From an uncultured Polaribacter sp. (lineage in GTDB: Bacteria; Bacteroidota; Bacteroidia; Flavobacteriales; Flavobacteriaceae), in the NCBI GenBank assembly GCA_938084845.1, contig CALKEB010000001.1:14948-78947 (forward strand): a DNA stretch of 64,000 nucleotides, in the 5' to 3' direction. Below the pieces are notes generated by a model. The model saw only the letters and a list, made by a program, of their open reading frames with translations. It was not told the origin of the DNA and did not search any database. This document shows, one piece after another, positions 35,639 to 44,670 of the stretch. The first letter of the stretch is position 1, and every line of letters starts with the position of its first letter. The position numbers and the translations under genes are program-made.

Positions 35639-38557
35639 ATGAGAATAAAATTAGTAGTACTTTTTCTTATTGGTTTTTTCTGTAAAATTGAATCACAAAC
35701 CATAGACCCATTACAAACTAAAGATTACTTGACCCAAGAAAAATGGGTAGATAGTATTATGAACACTATGTCTTTAGATCAAAAAATAGGGCAATTGTTT
35801 ATGGTACAAGCATATTCCAATCGTGATAAAAAACATGAAGATTTTATTTCCGAAATGATTACCAAATACCATGTTGGGAATTTAATTTTTATGCAAGGTA
35901 CCCCAGAAAAGCAAGCAGCACTAAATAATAACTATCAGGCACTTGCAAAAATTCCGTTGATGATTGGTTTTGATGGCGAATGGGGGTTGGACATGCGTTT
36001 AAAAAACACCTATAAGTTTCCTTGGAACATGACTTTGGGGGCTATTAGAAATGATTCTTTGATAAAAGAATTTGGAGCACAGCTAGGCAAACATTGCAAA
36101 CGTCTTGGCATACATATTAACTTTGCTCCTGTTTTAGACGTAAATGTTAATCCTGCTAATCCAATAATAGGGAACCGTTCTTTTGGAGAGGACAAAGAAA
36201 ATGTTGCCCAGAAAGCAATTGCATTTACTCAAGGAATGCAAAAACACAAGGTTATGGCAAATGGAAAGCATTTTCCAGGTCATGGAGATACTGCTTCAGA
36301 TTCTCATCATACCCTTCCTTTTTTAGATTTTGATAAAGCAAGATTAGATTCCATTGAACTCTATCCTTACAGAAAAATATTTGATGCAGGAATTGGAAGT
36401 GTAATGACAGCGCATTTAAACATCCCTAGTTTAGAAACAAATCCAAAGCTACCCACATCTTTATCTAAAAATGTGGTTACAAACCTATTGCAGCAAGAGT
36501 TAGGTTTTAACGGTTTAATTATTACTGATGGGTTAAATATGAAGGGGGCAGCGAACTACGCTACTTCTGCAGAGATTAATTTGGCAGCTTTGCAAGCGGG
36601 TAATGATTTGTTGTTAATTCCTCAAGATGTTCCTGCTTCTATACAATTAATTAAACAAGCATTACTCTTAAACACACTTACTGAAGAACGATTAGAACAT
36701 TCTGTTCGTAAGATTTTGAAAGCAAAGTATTGGATGGGTTTGCACAAATACCATCCTGTTGACCTTAATAATTTACATGAAGATTTAAATTCGGTAAGTA
36801 ATGAAGTTTTGCATAGCGCATTGGTAAAAAATTCATTAACACTGCTAAAAAATTCAAATGAGGCTTTACCCATAGTACGTCTAGATAAGCAGAAGATAGC
36901 GTATGTGAAATTAGGAGATGATTCTGGAAATCACTTTCTAAATATGCTTAATAATTATACCAATGTCACCAAAGTTTCAGCCCCTAATTTGAATGAAATT
37001 TTAAAAAAACTAACACCATATCATAAAGTAATTATAGGGTTTCATAAATCTAACGCACACCCTTGGAAGAGCTACAAATTTTCACAGAAAGAACTGGTTT
37101 GGTTACAAGAGATTGCTCGACATAAAGAAGTTACTTTAGCTGTTTTTACAAGCCCTTATAGTTTACTTCAGTTAAAAAGTTTTAAAAATCTCTCTTCTAT
37201 TTTGGTTGCTTATCAAAACAGTAAATTGGCACAAGAATTATCGGCTCAGATGCTTTTTGGTGCTTTTGCTGCAAAAGGTAAATTGCCAGTTTCTATCCGA
37301 GATGAATTTAAACAAGGGGTTGGTTTAGAAACAAAAACATTGGGTAGACTACAGTATACCATTCCAGAAGAAGTGCAAATGTCTTCTTTAGTTCTAAAAA
37401 AGATAGATAGCCTAGCCAGTTACATATTAGAAGAGAAAATGGCACCAGGTTTTCAAATTTTAGCAGCAAGGCATGGCAAAGTTTTTTTACAAAAAAGTCA
37501 CGGCTACCACACTGATAAAAAAGTGGTGAAGGTTAAAAATTCAGACCTATATGATTTGGCCTCTTTGACCAAAATATTGGCCTCTTTACCGTTGTTAATG
37601 AAAGCTGAAGAGGAACAAAAAATATCGTTAAATACAACGTTAGCGGAATTGTTGCCAGGTTTTAAAAACTCTAATAAAGATACACTTTCAGTTAAAGAAA
37701 TACTCTCTCATGTTGCGCGATTAAAATCTTGGATTCCGTTTTATAAAGAGACTCAAGATAGTATTACAGGTAAAAATCGCAAAGAATTTTATCGCACAGA
37801 AAAATCTAAAAAATATACCCTAAAAGTTGCTGAAAATTTATACTTAAAAAAAACGTACAGAGATAGTATTTACAAATACATTAAAATAGCGGAACAAAGG
37901 GAAACAGAAGGATATAAATACAGTGATTTGGGCTATTATCTTTTTAAAAAAGTTTTAGAGGATATTTATCATAAACCGTTAGACCAATTAGCAAATGAAA
38001 TGTTTTATGCTAAGCTAGGTGCAAATAGAACAACTTTTTTACCATTAAAAAAATTCACAAAGCAAAGTATTGTCCCAACAGAGAGAGATACATATTATAG
38101 AAATCAATTAGTGCATGGAACAGTCCATGATATGGGAGCAGCCATGTTAGGGGGTGTTGCAGGGCATGCAGGGTTGTTTGCCAATGCAAATGATGTCGCC
38201 AAAATAATGCAAATGTACTTGCAAAATGGGTATTATGGAGGTAAAACATATTTAAAACCTGAAACGATAGCAAAGTTTACTAAAAGGTATTTTAAAGATT
38301 TGAAAGTGCGAAGAGGTTTAGGGTTTGATAAACCACAATTAGATAAAGAGATAAAGGCAACTTGTGGATGTGTTTCAGACGAAAGTTTTGGACATTCTGG
38401 ATTTACAGGAACCTACACATGGGCAGACCCAAAAAGTGGAATTGTATATGTTTTTTTATCAAATAGAGTCTATCCTACAATGAGTAATACAGGGCTTATA
38501 GAAGAAAATATTCGTACAGAAATACAACAAGTAATTCATGATGCAATTTTAGAGTAG
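35639..38557 (+). CDS. GH3 beta-N-acetylglucosaminidase fused to beta-lactamase-like serine hydrolase
   Basis: DGEWG, KHFPGHGDTASDSH, ITDGL; C-terminal ASLTK, YSD, GHSGFTG. Confidence 0.92.
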   Translation: MRIKLVVLFLIGFFCKIESQTIDPLQTKDYLTQEKWVDSIMNTMSLDQKIGQLFMVQAYSNRDKKHEDFISEMITKYHVGNLIFMQGTPEKQAALNNNYQALAKIPLMIGFDGEWGLDMRLKNTYKFPWNMTLGAIRNDSLIKEFGAQLGKHCKRLGIHINFAPVLDVNVNPANPIIGNRSFGEDKENVAQKAIAFTQGMQKHKVMANGKHFPGHGDTASDSHHTLPFLDFDKARLDSIELYPYRKIFDAGIGSVMTAHLNIPSLETNPKLPTSLSKNVVTNLLQQELGFNGLIITDGLNMKGAANYATSAEINLAALQAGNDLLLIPQDVPASIQLIKQALLLNTLTEERLEHSVRKILKAKYWMGLHKYHPVDLNNLHEDLNSVSNEVLHSALVKNSLTLLKNSNEALPIVRLDKQKIAYVKLGDDSGNHFLNMLNNYTNVTKVSAPNLNEILKKLTPYHKVIIGFHKSNAHPWKSYKFSQKELVWLQEIARHKEVTLAVFTSPYSLLQLKSFKNLSSILVAYQNSKLAQELSAQMLFGAFAAKGKLPVSIRDEFKQGVGLETKTLGRLQYTIPEEVQMSSLVLKKIDSLASYILEEKMAPGFQILAARHGKVFLQKSHGYHTDKKVVKVKNSDLYDLASLTKILASLPLLMKAEEEQKISLNTTLAELLPGFKNSNKDTLSVKEILSHVARLKSWIPFYKETQDSITGKNRKEFYRTEKSKKYTLKVAENLYLKKTYRDSIYKYIKIAEQRETEGYKYSDLGYYLFKKVLEDIYHKPLDQLANEMFYAKLGANRTTFLPLKKFTKQSIVPTERDTYYRNQLVHGTVHDMGAAMLGGVAGHAGLFANANDVAKIMQMYLQNGYYGGKTYLKPETIAKFTKRYFKDLKVRRGLGFDKPQLDKEIKATCGCVSDESFGHSGFTGTYTWADPKSGIVYVFLSNRVYPTMSNTGLIEENIRTEIQQVIHDAILE

Positions 38558-38635
38558 AATTGTACTATTTATGCGAGTACTTTAAAAAAACAATTCGTAC
38601 ATTTTATTGTTTCTTTCTTTAAAGAATGTGGGCCC

Positions 38636-39685
38636 TTATTTTTCTGTGTTTATTGGTGAGAATTTAGTGTATATAAAAACGAATAAGTAAGAAGTAACCC
38701 AATAAATCAGTGCTACTTTCCAGTTGAAATTTAGGTAAATTAATACTGCTTGTAATAGATAAAAAAAAGGAAAAGTAAGTCCATTAACACCATATCTCAT
38801 GGTATCTTTAAATTCAATTTCTTTAATTTTTTTGCCTATTTTTTTCCAAATCAAAAAAGGAACTAAACTGTTTAGCAAAATTATATAGAAGAGTGGCTTT
38901 AAAAAGTTGATTTGCTTTTTTCTAGGTGTAGGAATTTGTTGATTTGCAATCATAGCATTTATGTGATCTACTTTTGTAAAATCTACATTTGCTTTATTTA
39001 AACTGTTTAAAATAGTTGCGTAATTTTCGTCATCAGGTATATGGACAGTCAATTGTTTTAATTGATTGCTAACTTCATTTTTTAAAATAGAGATGGCTTT
39101 TGGTTTTTGATTTTCTGATACTATTTTTCTTGTTGCAATAGCTTTACCAAATTGAACACAAACTTTGCTTGGGTAATTGGATGAATTTTGATAGGTAACA
39201 CCTACAGGAATTACGGTAACTTCTAAACCAGGGTTTTGCGCTAAAGCACCAAATACGATTCGTGTAAAACCTTTACTGAGAGGTTTTATATTTCGATCTC
39301 TTGAGTGGCCTCCTTGAGGAAATATGATTAATGTTTCTTCCTTAGCAAGTATTTTAAAACATCTATTAAAAATTTCTTCATTATTAGAAAGCTGATTTCT
39401 ACCATCTCTAATTCGATAGATAGGCATTAAATTTAATGAGCCTAAAATTTTTTTTATCAATGGATTTTTAAATACGTCTGCACGTACTAGAAAATGATTT
39501 GTTCTTGGGTTAAAAGAAGTAACAAAAAGAGGATCCATTAAGGCGTTTGGATGATTTATAGCAAATAAAACAGCTCCTTTTTTAGGGATATTTTCTTTTC
39601 CATATATTTTAATTTGCTGTGCATAAAAGTGTAAACTTACCTTAAGGAATACTTTTACGGTTTGGTACCAAATTTTTTGAATCAT
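38636..39685 (-). CDS. phospholipid/glycerol acyltransferase (PlsC-like)
   Basis: NHPNALMD, PIYR, FPQG; C-terminal TM helices. Confidence 0.88.
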   Translation of the reverse strand: MIQKIWYQTVKVFLKVSLHFYAQQIKIYGKENIPKKGAVLFAINHPNALMDPLFVTSFNPRTNHFLVRADVFKNPLIKKILGSLNLMPIYRIRDGRNQLSNNEEIFNRCFKILAKEETLIIFPQGGHSRDRNIKPLSKGFTRIVFGALAQNPGLEVTVIPVGVTYQNSSNYPSKVCVQFGKAIATRKIVSENQKPKAISILKNEVSNQLKQLTVHIPDDENYATILNSLNKANVDFTKVDHINAMIANQQIPTPRKKQINFLKPLFYIILLNSLVPFLIWKKIGKKIKEIEFKDTMRYGVNGLTFPFFYLLQAVLIYLNFNWKVALIYWVTSYLFVFIYTKFSPINTEK

Positions 39686-39698
39686 CTTTTTACGAAGT

Positions 39699-40619
39699 CT
39701 ACTCTTTATGTGTTCTGCCCCAAAAAGTGGCTAAAGCCATTCCTGAAAATACATCCCAGATACCCCAGAAAGCTGCTAACAAGGCCATGCCACCTAAGCC
39801 ATCAAAAAAGCCAAAAATTAATAATAGTCCTAAGCCTCCATTCTGAATTCCAGTTTCCATCGCAATTGTTTTGCGATCTTTTTGATCTAAACCAAATAGC
39901 TTTGCAGTATAATAGCCTAGTAAGAATGCAAAAATATTATGAAACACAACCAACGCCAATACAAGGTGTATGTAATTAACAAAAACATCTAAATTTTGAG
40001 AAAAAGCAATACAAATCAATGCTATAAAAACCAACATGGAAAGGGGTTTTAAAATTCTTTCAATCTTCCCTGCCATTACTGTAAAGTAGTGCTTTATAAG
40101 CATACCACAAACCAACGGAATTCCTAAAATCAGAATTACAAGTTGTAATAAATCTACCCAATTCAGTTCAACTGTTTTTAAAATTTCGTTGGTAGGTTCG
40201 TATAAACTTCCCCAAAACTGAAGGTTAAAAGGTGTCATAAAAATACAAATAAGGGTGGCAAACGCGGTTAAACTCACAGAAAGTGCAGCATTTCCTTTTG
40301 CCATTTTACTAAAAAAATTAGATACGTTTCCTCCAGGACTAGCTGCAATCATCATCATTCCTAAAGCAAAGCTTGGATGGGGTTTAATCAATAAAATCCC
40401 TAAAAATGTAAACGCTGGAAGTAGTATAAATTGGGATAATACACCCACAAAAACAATTTTTGGATTTTTGAGTAATCTTTTAAAATCATCTACCGTAATT
40501 GCTAAAGCTACCCCAAACATAATTACTGCAATAGCGATATTTAATACCCATAGACCATTAGAATCGAAATTTATCTTAATAGCATCAATACTACTATTGG
40601 AACTAATTTGTAAAAGCAT
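39699..40619 (-). CDS. bile acid:sodium symporter family transporter
   Basis: PGGNVSN, GNAALSV, ETGIQN. Confidence 0.9.
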   Translation of the reverse strand: MLLQISSNSSIDAIKINFDSNGLWVLNIAIAVIMFGVALAITVDDFKRLLKNPKIVFVGVLSQFILLPAFTFLGILLIKPHPSFALGMMMIAASPGGNVSNFFSKMAKGNAALSVSLTAFATLICIFMTPFNLQFWGSLYEPTNEILKTVELNWVDLLQLVILILGIPLVCGMLIKHYFTVMAGKIERILKPLSMLVFIALICIAFSQNLDVFVNYIHLVLALVVFHNIFAFLLGYYTAKLFGLDQKDRKTIAMETGIQNGGLGLLLIFGFFDGLGGMALLAAFWGIWDVFSGMALATFWGRTHKE

Positions 40620-41244
40620 ACTCTATAATATTTGAGCCCATTTGTAAAGCTTTTTCTCGAACTTCTTTTGGGTTATTGTGAATGATTTGATCTTCCCAGC
40701 CATCACTTAAATCAGTTTCATAATCGTAAAAAACAATCAATCTACCTTCGTAAAATAACCCAAAACCTTGTGCTTTTTTTTTGTTATGCTCATGGATTTT
40801 TGGTATTCCGTTTGGAAATTTAAACGTTTGATTATAAATAGGGTGATTGTTAGGGATTTCTTGAAAACTTAGGGTTGAAAAAACTTTTTTTAATTCTCTT
40901 CTTATAAATTTATCCAGACCATAATTATCTGAAATGTGTAAAAATCCACCAGAAATTAAATACTGTTTTAAGAGATTAGCTTCTTCATCAGAAAAAAAAA
41001 CATTACCATGACCTGTCATGAAAATGATAGGATAGTTATAGATATCCTCACTATTTGCAGCAACAGATTCAGGAGTTGTTGTGATTCTAGTATTTATATT
41101 TTTATTAGTAAAAGCTACTAAATTTGGAATCGCAGTAGGATTTGCATACCAATCACCACCACCATTGTATTTTAAGATAGCCACATCTTGACTAAAAGTA
41201 TCGATAGTTTTTAGTACTATAAGGAATACGAATAGGTATTTCAT
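40603..41244 (-). CDS. DUF4159 family protein
   Basis: GGGDWY, MTGHG, GGFLHISDNYG, DLSDGWED. Confidence 0.85.
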   Translation of the reverse strand: MKYLFVFLIVLKTIDTFSQDVAILKYNGGGDWYANPTAIPNLVAFTNKNINTRITTTPESVAANSEDIYNYPIIFMTGHGNVFFSDEEANLLKQYLISGGFLHISDNYGLDKFIRRELKKVFSTLSFQEIPNNHPIYNQTFKFPNGIPKIHEHNKKKAQGFGLFYEGRLIVFYDYETDLSDGWEDQIIHNNPKEVREKALQMGSNIIEYAFTN

Positions 41245-41287
41245 TTTATTTAATAATAGATTAGCAATATATATAATAAAAATGATT

Positions 41288-41995
41288 TTACTCTTGAATT
41301 AAAGCAACTGTATGTACCGCTACAAGTGCTGCAGTTTCTGTACGTAATCTGCTTTCTCCTAAAGAAATTGGCTGATACTTATTTTCTAGAGCTTTGTTAA
41401 TCTCATTTAGAGAAAAATCGCCTTCAGGACCAATAAGAATCGTGATTTTATCTGTTTTTTTTGCAACATTTTTTAAAAGGTTTTTTTCTAAATCTTCACA
41501 ATGTGCGATACATTTCAATCCTTCAATATCTTGTGCAATAAAATCATTGAATTTAATACTATCATTCAATTTTGGTAATGTAAATTTCAAAGATTGTTTC
41601 ATAGCAGACTGAATGATCTTTTCGAGTCGCTCTTTTTTTACAACTCTTCTTTCTGAATTATGACAAATTATTGGTGTAATTTCATCGATACCAATTTCTG
41701 TCGCTTTTTCTAAAAACCATTCAATTCTATCATTGTTTTTTGTTGGCGCAATTGCAATATGTAAATGGTAATTCCACTGTTTTTGTTTCGTTGCTGCATT
41801 TATTATAGTTGCAATACATTTTTTGTCACTAGCAACTAAAATTTCAGCGTCAAATAAATACCCTTTCCCATTCGTTATTTTTAGAACATCCCCTTCTTCT
41901 TTTCGAAGAACACGAACAATATGTTTGCTTTCAATTTTATCAAAAGTAATTTGGGAGGTTTTATTAGAAATATCAGTATTGTAAAATAATTGCAT
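41288..41995 (-). CDS. rsmE: 16S rRNA m3U1498 methyltransferase
   Basis: HIVRVLR, EKATEIG, IGPEGDF, SLGESRLRTETA. Confidence 0.95.
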   Translation of the reverse strand: MQLFYNTDISNKTSQITFDKIESKHIVRVLRKEEGDVLKITNGKGYLFDAEILVASDKKCIATIINAATKQKQWNYHLHIAIAPTKNNDRIEWFLEKATEIGIDEITPIICHNSERRVVKKERLEKIIQSAMKQSLKFTLPKLNDSIKFNDFIAQDIEGLKCIAHCEDLEKNLLKNVAKKTDKITILIGPEGDFSLNEINKALENKYQPISLGESRLRTETAALVAVHTVALIQE

Positions 41996-42074
41996 TGGGT
42001 ATGGTTTTAAAAAGGATAATAGTACCTTAAAGAAAGTCGTAAATAGAATTAATAGACATTATGTCAACGTGTTA

Positions 42075-43196
42075 TTATTCGATATCTTTTCGATATGTTC
42101 TCCTCTTTTTATGTTTTTCAGGGTTAAAGTCCTGCCATAATTTTTTTATAGATTCGTTGTCTGCTAATTCTGGGGTTCTAATACAGTTTTCTATTCCTAA
42201 AGGAGTAAAGGTCTTTGTGTATTGATCAAAAATAATAGCATGAACTCCTTTATTTTGATAATCTGGGTGCACTCCAATTAAATAAAATGTAACATCTTTA
42301 GCGTGTTTTCTAGCATTTAACAAATGAAAAATTCCTGTTGGAAATAATTTTCCTTTTGTTTTTTGTAAAGCTTCAGAAAATGAAGGCATCACAATGGCAA
42401 ATGCCACTAATTTATGATGTTCGTCTACCACAAACTTAATATATTCAGGGTTGATAAATGAAATGTATTTCTTTTTAAAATAAGCTATTTGTGCATCTGA
42501 AATCGGAACAAATGTAGATAGTTTTGAGTAAGAAGCGCTGAACACTTGAAACATTTCATCTACATAAGGCAAAATATCTTTTGTTTTTGTAAAGTCTAAA
42601 GCTTTTAGTTTAAATCTTTTTTTAATGATTGTACTAATTCTATTGTAGTAAACTGCATCTACATTTTTAAACTTAAATTTATTTTCTAGATACTCTTTTT
42701 CTTTTACAAAATTTAGTTGCTCTAAATGATCTTTATAATACGGATGGTTGTACCAAGTAATCATGGTGCCAATATGATTAAACCCTTCTGTTAAAACACC
42801 AGTTTTATCTAAATTATTAAAACCTACTGGTCCTTCAATATATGCTAAGTTGTTTGCCTTACCAATTTCATTAACTTTATTTAAAAGGGCTTTAGTAACT
42901 TCAATATCATCAATAACATCAAACCAGCCAAAACGCATTTTTTTTATTTTTTGTTGATGTATTTCATGCCAATTTATGATAGCAATAACGCGACCAACAA
43001 TTGTATTGTTTTTATAGGCTAAAAAAAAGTGTGCCTCAGCATTTTCAAAGACAGGATTTTTTTTAGGATTAAAATTTGCAATTTCATCTTTAATAATAGG
43101 AGGTACCCAATATGGATTGTCTTTGTAAATTGAAAAAGGAAACAAAACAAATTGCTTGATTTCCTTTTTAGTTTTGGCTTCTTTTACAGTAATCAT
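42075..43196 (-). CDS. GNAT-like N-acetyltransferase (YghO-like)
   Basis: PYWVPP, VGRVIA, RFGWFD, YNHPYY, IGVHPDYQNKG. Confidence 0.75.
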   Translation of the reverse strand: MITVKEAKTKKEIKQFVLFPFSIYKDNPYWVPPIIKDEIANFNPKKNPVFENAEAHFFLAYKNNTIVGRVIAIINWHEIHQQKIKKMRFGWFDVIDDIEVTKALLNKVNEIGKANNLAYIEGPVGFNNLDKTGVLTEGFNHIGTMITWYNHPYYKDHLEQLNFVKEKEYLENKFKFKNVDAVYYNRISTIIKKRFKLKALDFTKTKDILPYVDEMFQVFSASYSKLSTFVPISDAQIAYFKKKYISFINPEYIKFVVDEHHKLVAFAIVMPSFSEALQKTKGKLFPTGIFHLLNARKHAKDVTFYLIGVHPDYQNKGVHAIIFDQYTKTFTPLGIENCIRTPELADNESIKKLWQDFNPEKHKKRRTYRKDIE

Positions 43197-43212
43197 AAAA
43201 TTAAAAATGATG

Positions 43213-44220
43213 TTATTTATTTCGTTTTCGTTTTCTTTTTTTTCTTCTTTTTATTTTCTTAGAATCTTTGGTAAAAATACGAAAAAGCCTATTAAAAAAG
43301 CGGTCTTGTTTTTTATTGTATGTAGAGATTGGTGTTTCATTTAAAGCTTTTCCGTTATTATCTTTACCTTTAAAATTATCATTATGTTTATCTATTCTAT
43401 ACGAGAATCCAATCCCTGCTGAAAACCCCTCATTGTTATTACCAAATAAATACCTAGCAGAAGCATTAATTTGTAGATCTTTACTAAACAGATATGCAAA
43501 TCCACTACCTAAATTACTTTCTGAAATATTGTTTTGATACGTAGTTTGATTTTCAAAAAATGTAGACCATCTACTATTTAAATTTATAGTTCCTGTTATG
43601 ATGTATGAGAATTCAGAAAAATCGGTACCTATAAAATCATAAAAAAAATTGGTAATTACTGTAAACTGATTGCTTAAATTGTTTTGGAACAGTAGCCCTG
43701 CTTTAGGAGATAATTGCCCTATTTTATAAGTTTCACTCAACATGTCTGTATTTAGGCCTGCATAAAGCGCAACAGAGGGTATTAGTCTTTTTTTATCAAA
43801 AGCATTTCTCTTTTTCCAACTTCTTACTTCTTTTTTCTTATCCTCATATGTTTGTTGAAACAATAAGTATTTCGCACCAATTGTAAATTTGCCTAGTCCA
43901 TTGGTATACTCATTTGATAAATTGATTTCATCTCTTTGGTATCTAACTTTTGAATTAAATTCTAGTTTTTCTGAAAGAAAACTAGTCCTAAATAAAAAAT
44001 CTAAACCAGTTGATTGTAAGTTGTTGGTGCTATTTTCTATGGGGGCATTTAATAAAAACAAGTTGTTTTCGAACTGATACACTCCTTTGCCAACTGCATA
44101 AGGACTTTCTGAAAATCCTGGTTTATTAGAATTGATTAAATTAGTGTACTGGCAATATGCTGAAGAAAAACTGAGTACAATAAAAATAAAAAGTAATTTC
44201 TTAATACAATGTGTAATCAT
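43213..44220 (-). CDS. putative outer-membrane beta-barrel protein
   Basis: Signal peptide, NKPGFSESPYAVG, alternating beta strands ending GFSYRID. Confidence 0.65.
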   Translation of the reverse strand: MITHCIKKLLFIFIVLSFSSAYCQYTNLINSNKPGFSESPYAVGKGVYQFENNLFLLNAPIENSTNNLQSTGLDFLFRTSFLSEKLEFNSKVRYQRDEINLSNEYTNGLGKFTIGAKYLLFQQTYEDKKKEVRSWKKRNAFDKKRLIPSVALYAGLNTDMLSETYKIGQLSPKAGLLFQNNLSNQFTVITNFFYDFIGTDFSEFSYIITGTINLNSRWSTFFENQTTYQNNISESNLGSGFAYLFSKDLQINASARYLFGNNNEGFSAGIGFSYRIDKHNDNFKGKDNNGKALNETPISTYNKKQDRFFNRLFRIFTKDSKKIKRRKKRKRKRNK

Positions 44221-44381
44221 TAACCTTGTTGTTTAAAGAGTTAGCAAAACAAACATAGAATAAAAAAAATGGTTTAAAAAGGAATGCATACTTTTTTACG
44301 ATTCTTAAAGTTTTGTACTTTGTTAACGTATCAATTGTTGTCAAATTGCTATTTTTGATTCTTATTAAATATATGTTTTAA

Positions 44382-44636
44382 ATGGGTTTATTAAAAACAA
44401 TCTTCTTTTTACTCTTGTTTTACTATGGTTTTAAATTTATAGCTAAGCTAATAGCACCATTTTTGTTAAATAAAGTAGCGAGTAGTATGCAGCAAAAAGC
44501 AGCACAACAATTTGGAAAGCGAGAACCAAAAAATACCGTCAAAGAAGGAGAGACTATTATAGATAAAGCACCAAAAAAACAATCACAATCTAAAAATTCT
44601 GTAGGTGAATATGTAGATTTTGAGGAAATTGATTAG
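44382..44636 (+). CDS. DUF4834-family small membrane protein
   Basis: N-terminal TM helix; C-terminal GEYVDFEEI. Confidence 0.8.
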   Translation: MGLLKTIFFLLLFYYGFKFIAKLIAPFLLNKVASSMQQKAAQQFGKREPKNTVKEGETIIDKAPKKQSQSKNSVGEYVDFEEID

Positions 44637-44670
44637 CACTTTATTACAATCCACAATTTAAATTTTAAGT

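Noticed and set aside
44230-44255. TGTTTAA..AAACA resembling the light-cluster operator
   Set aside because: Spacing is 4 bp shorter and the right arm is imperfect
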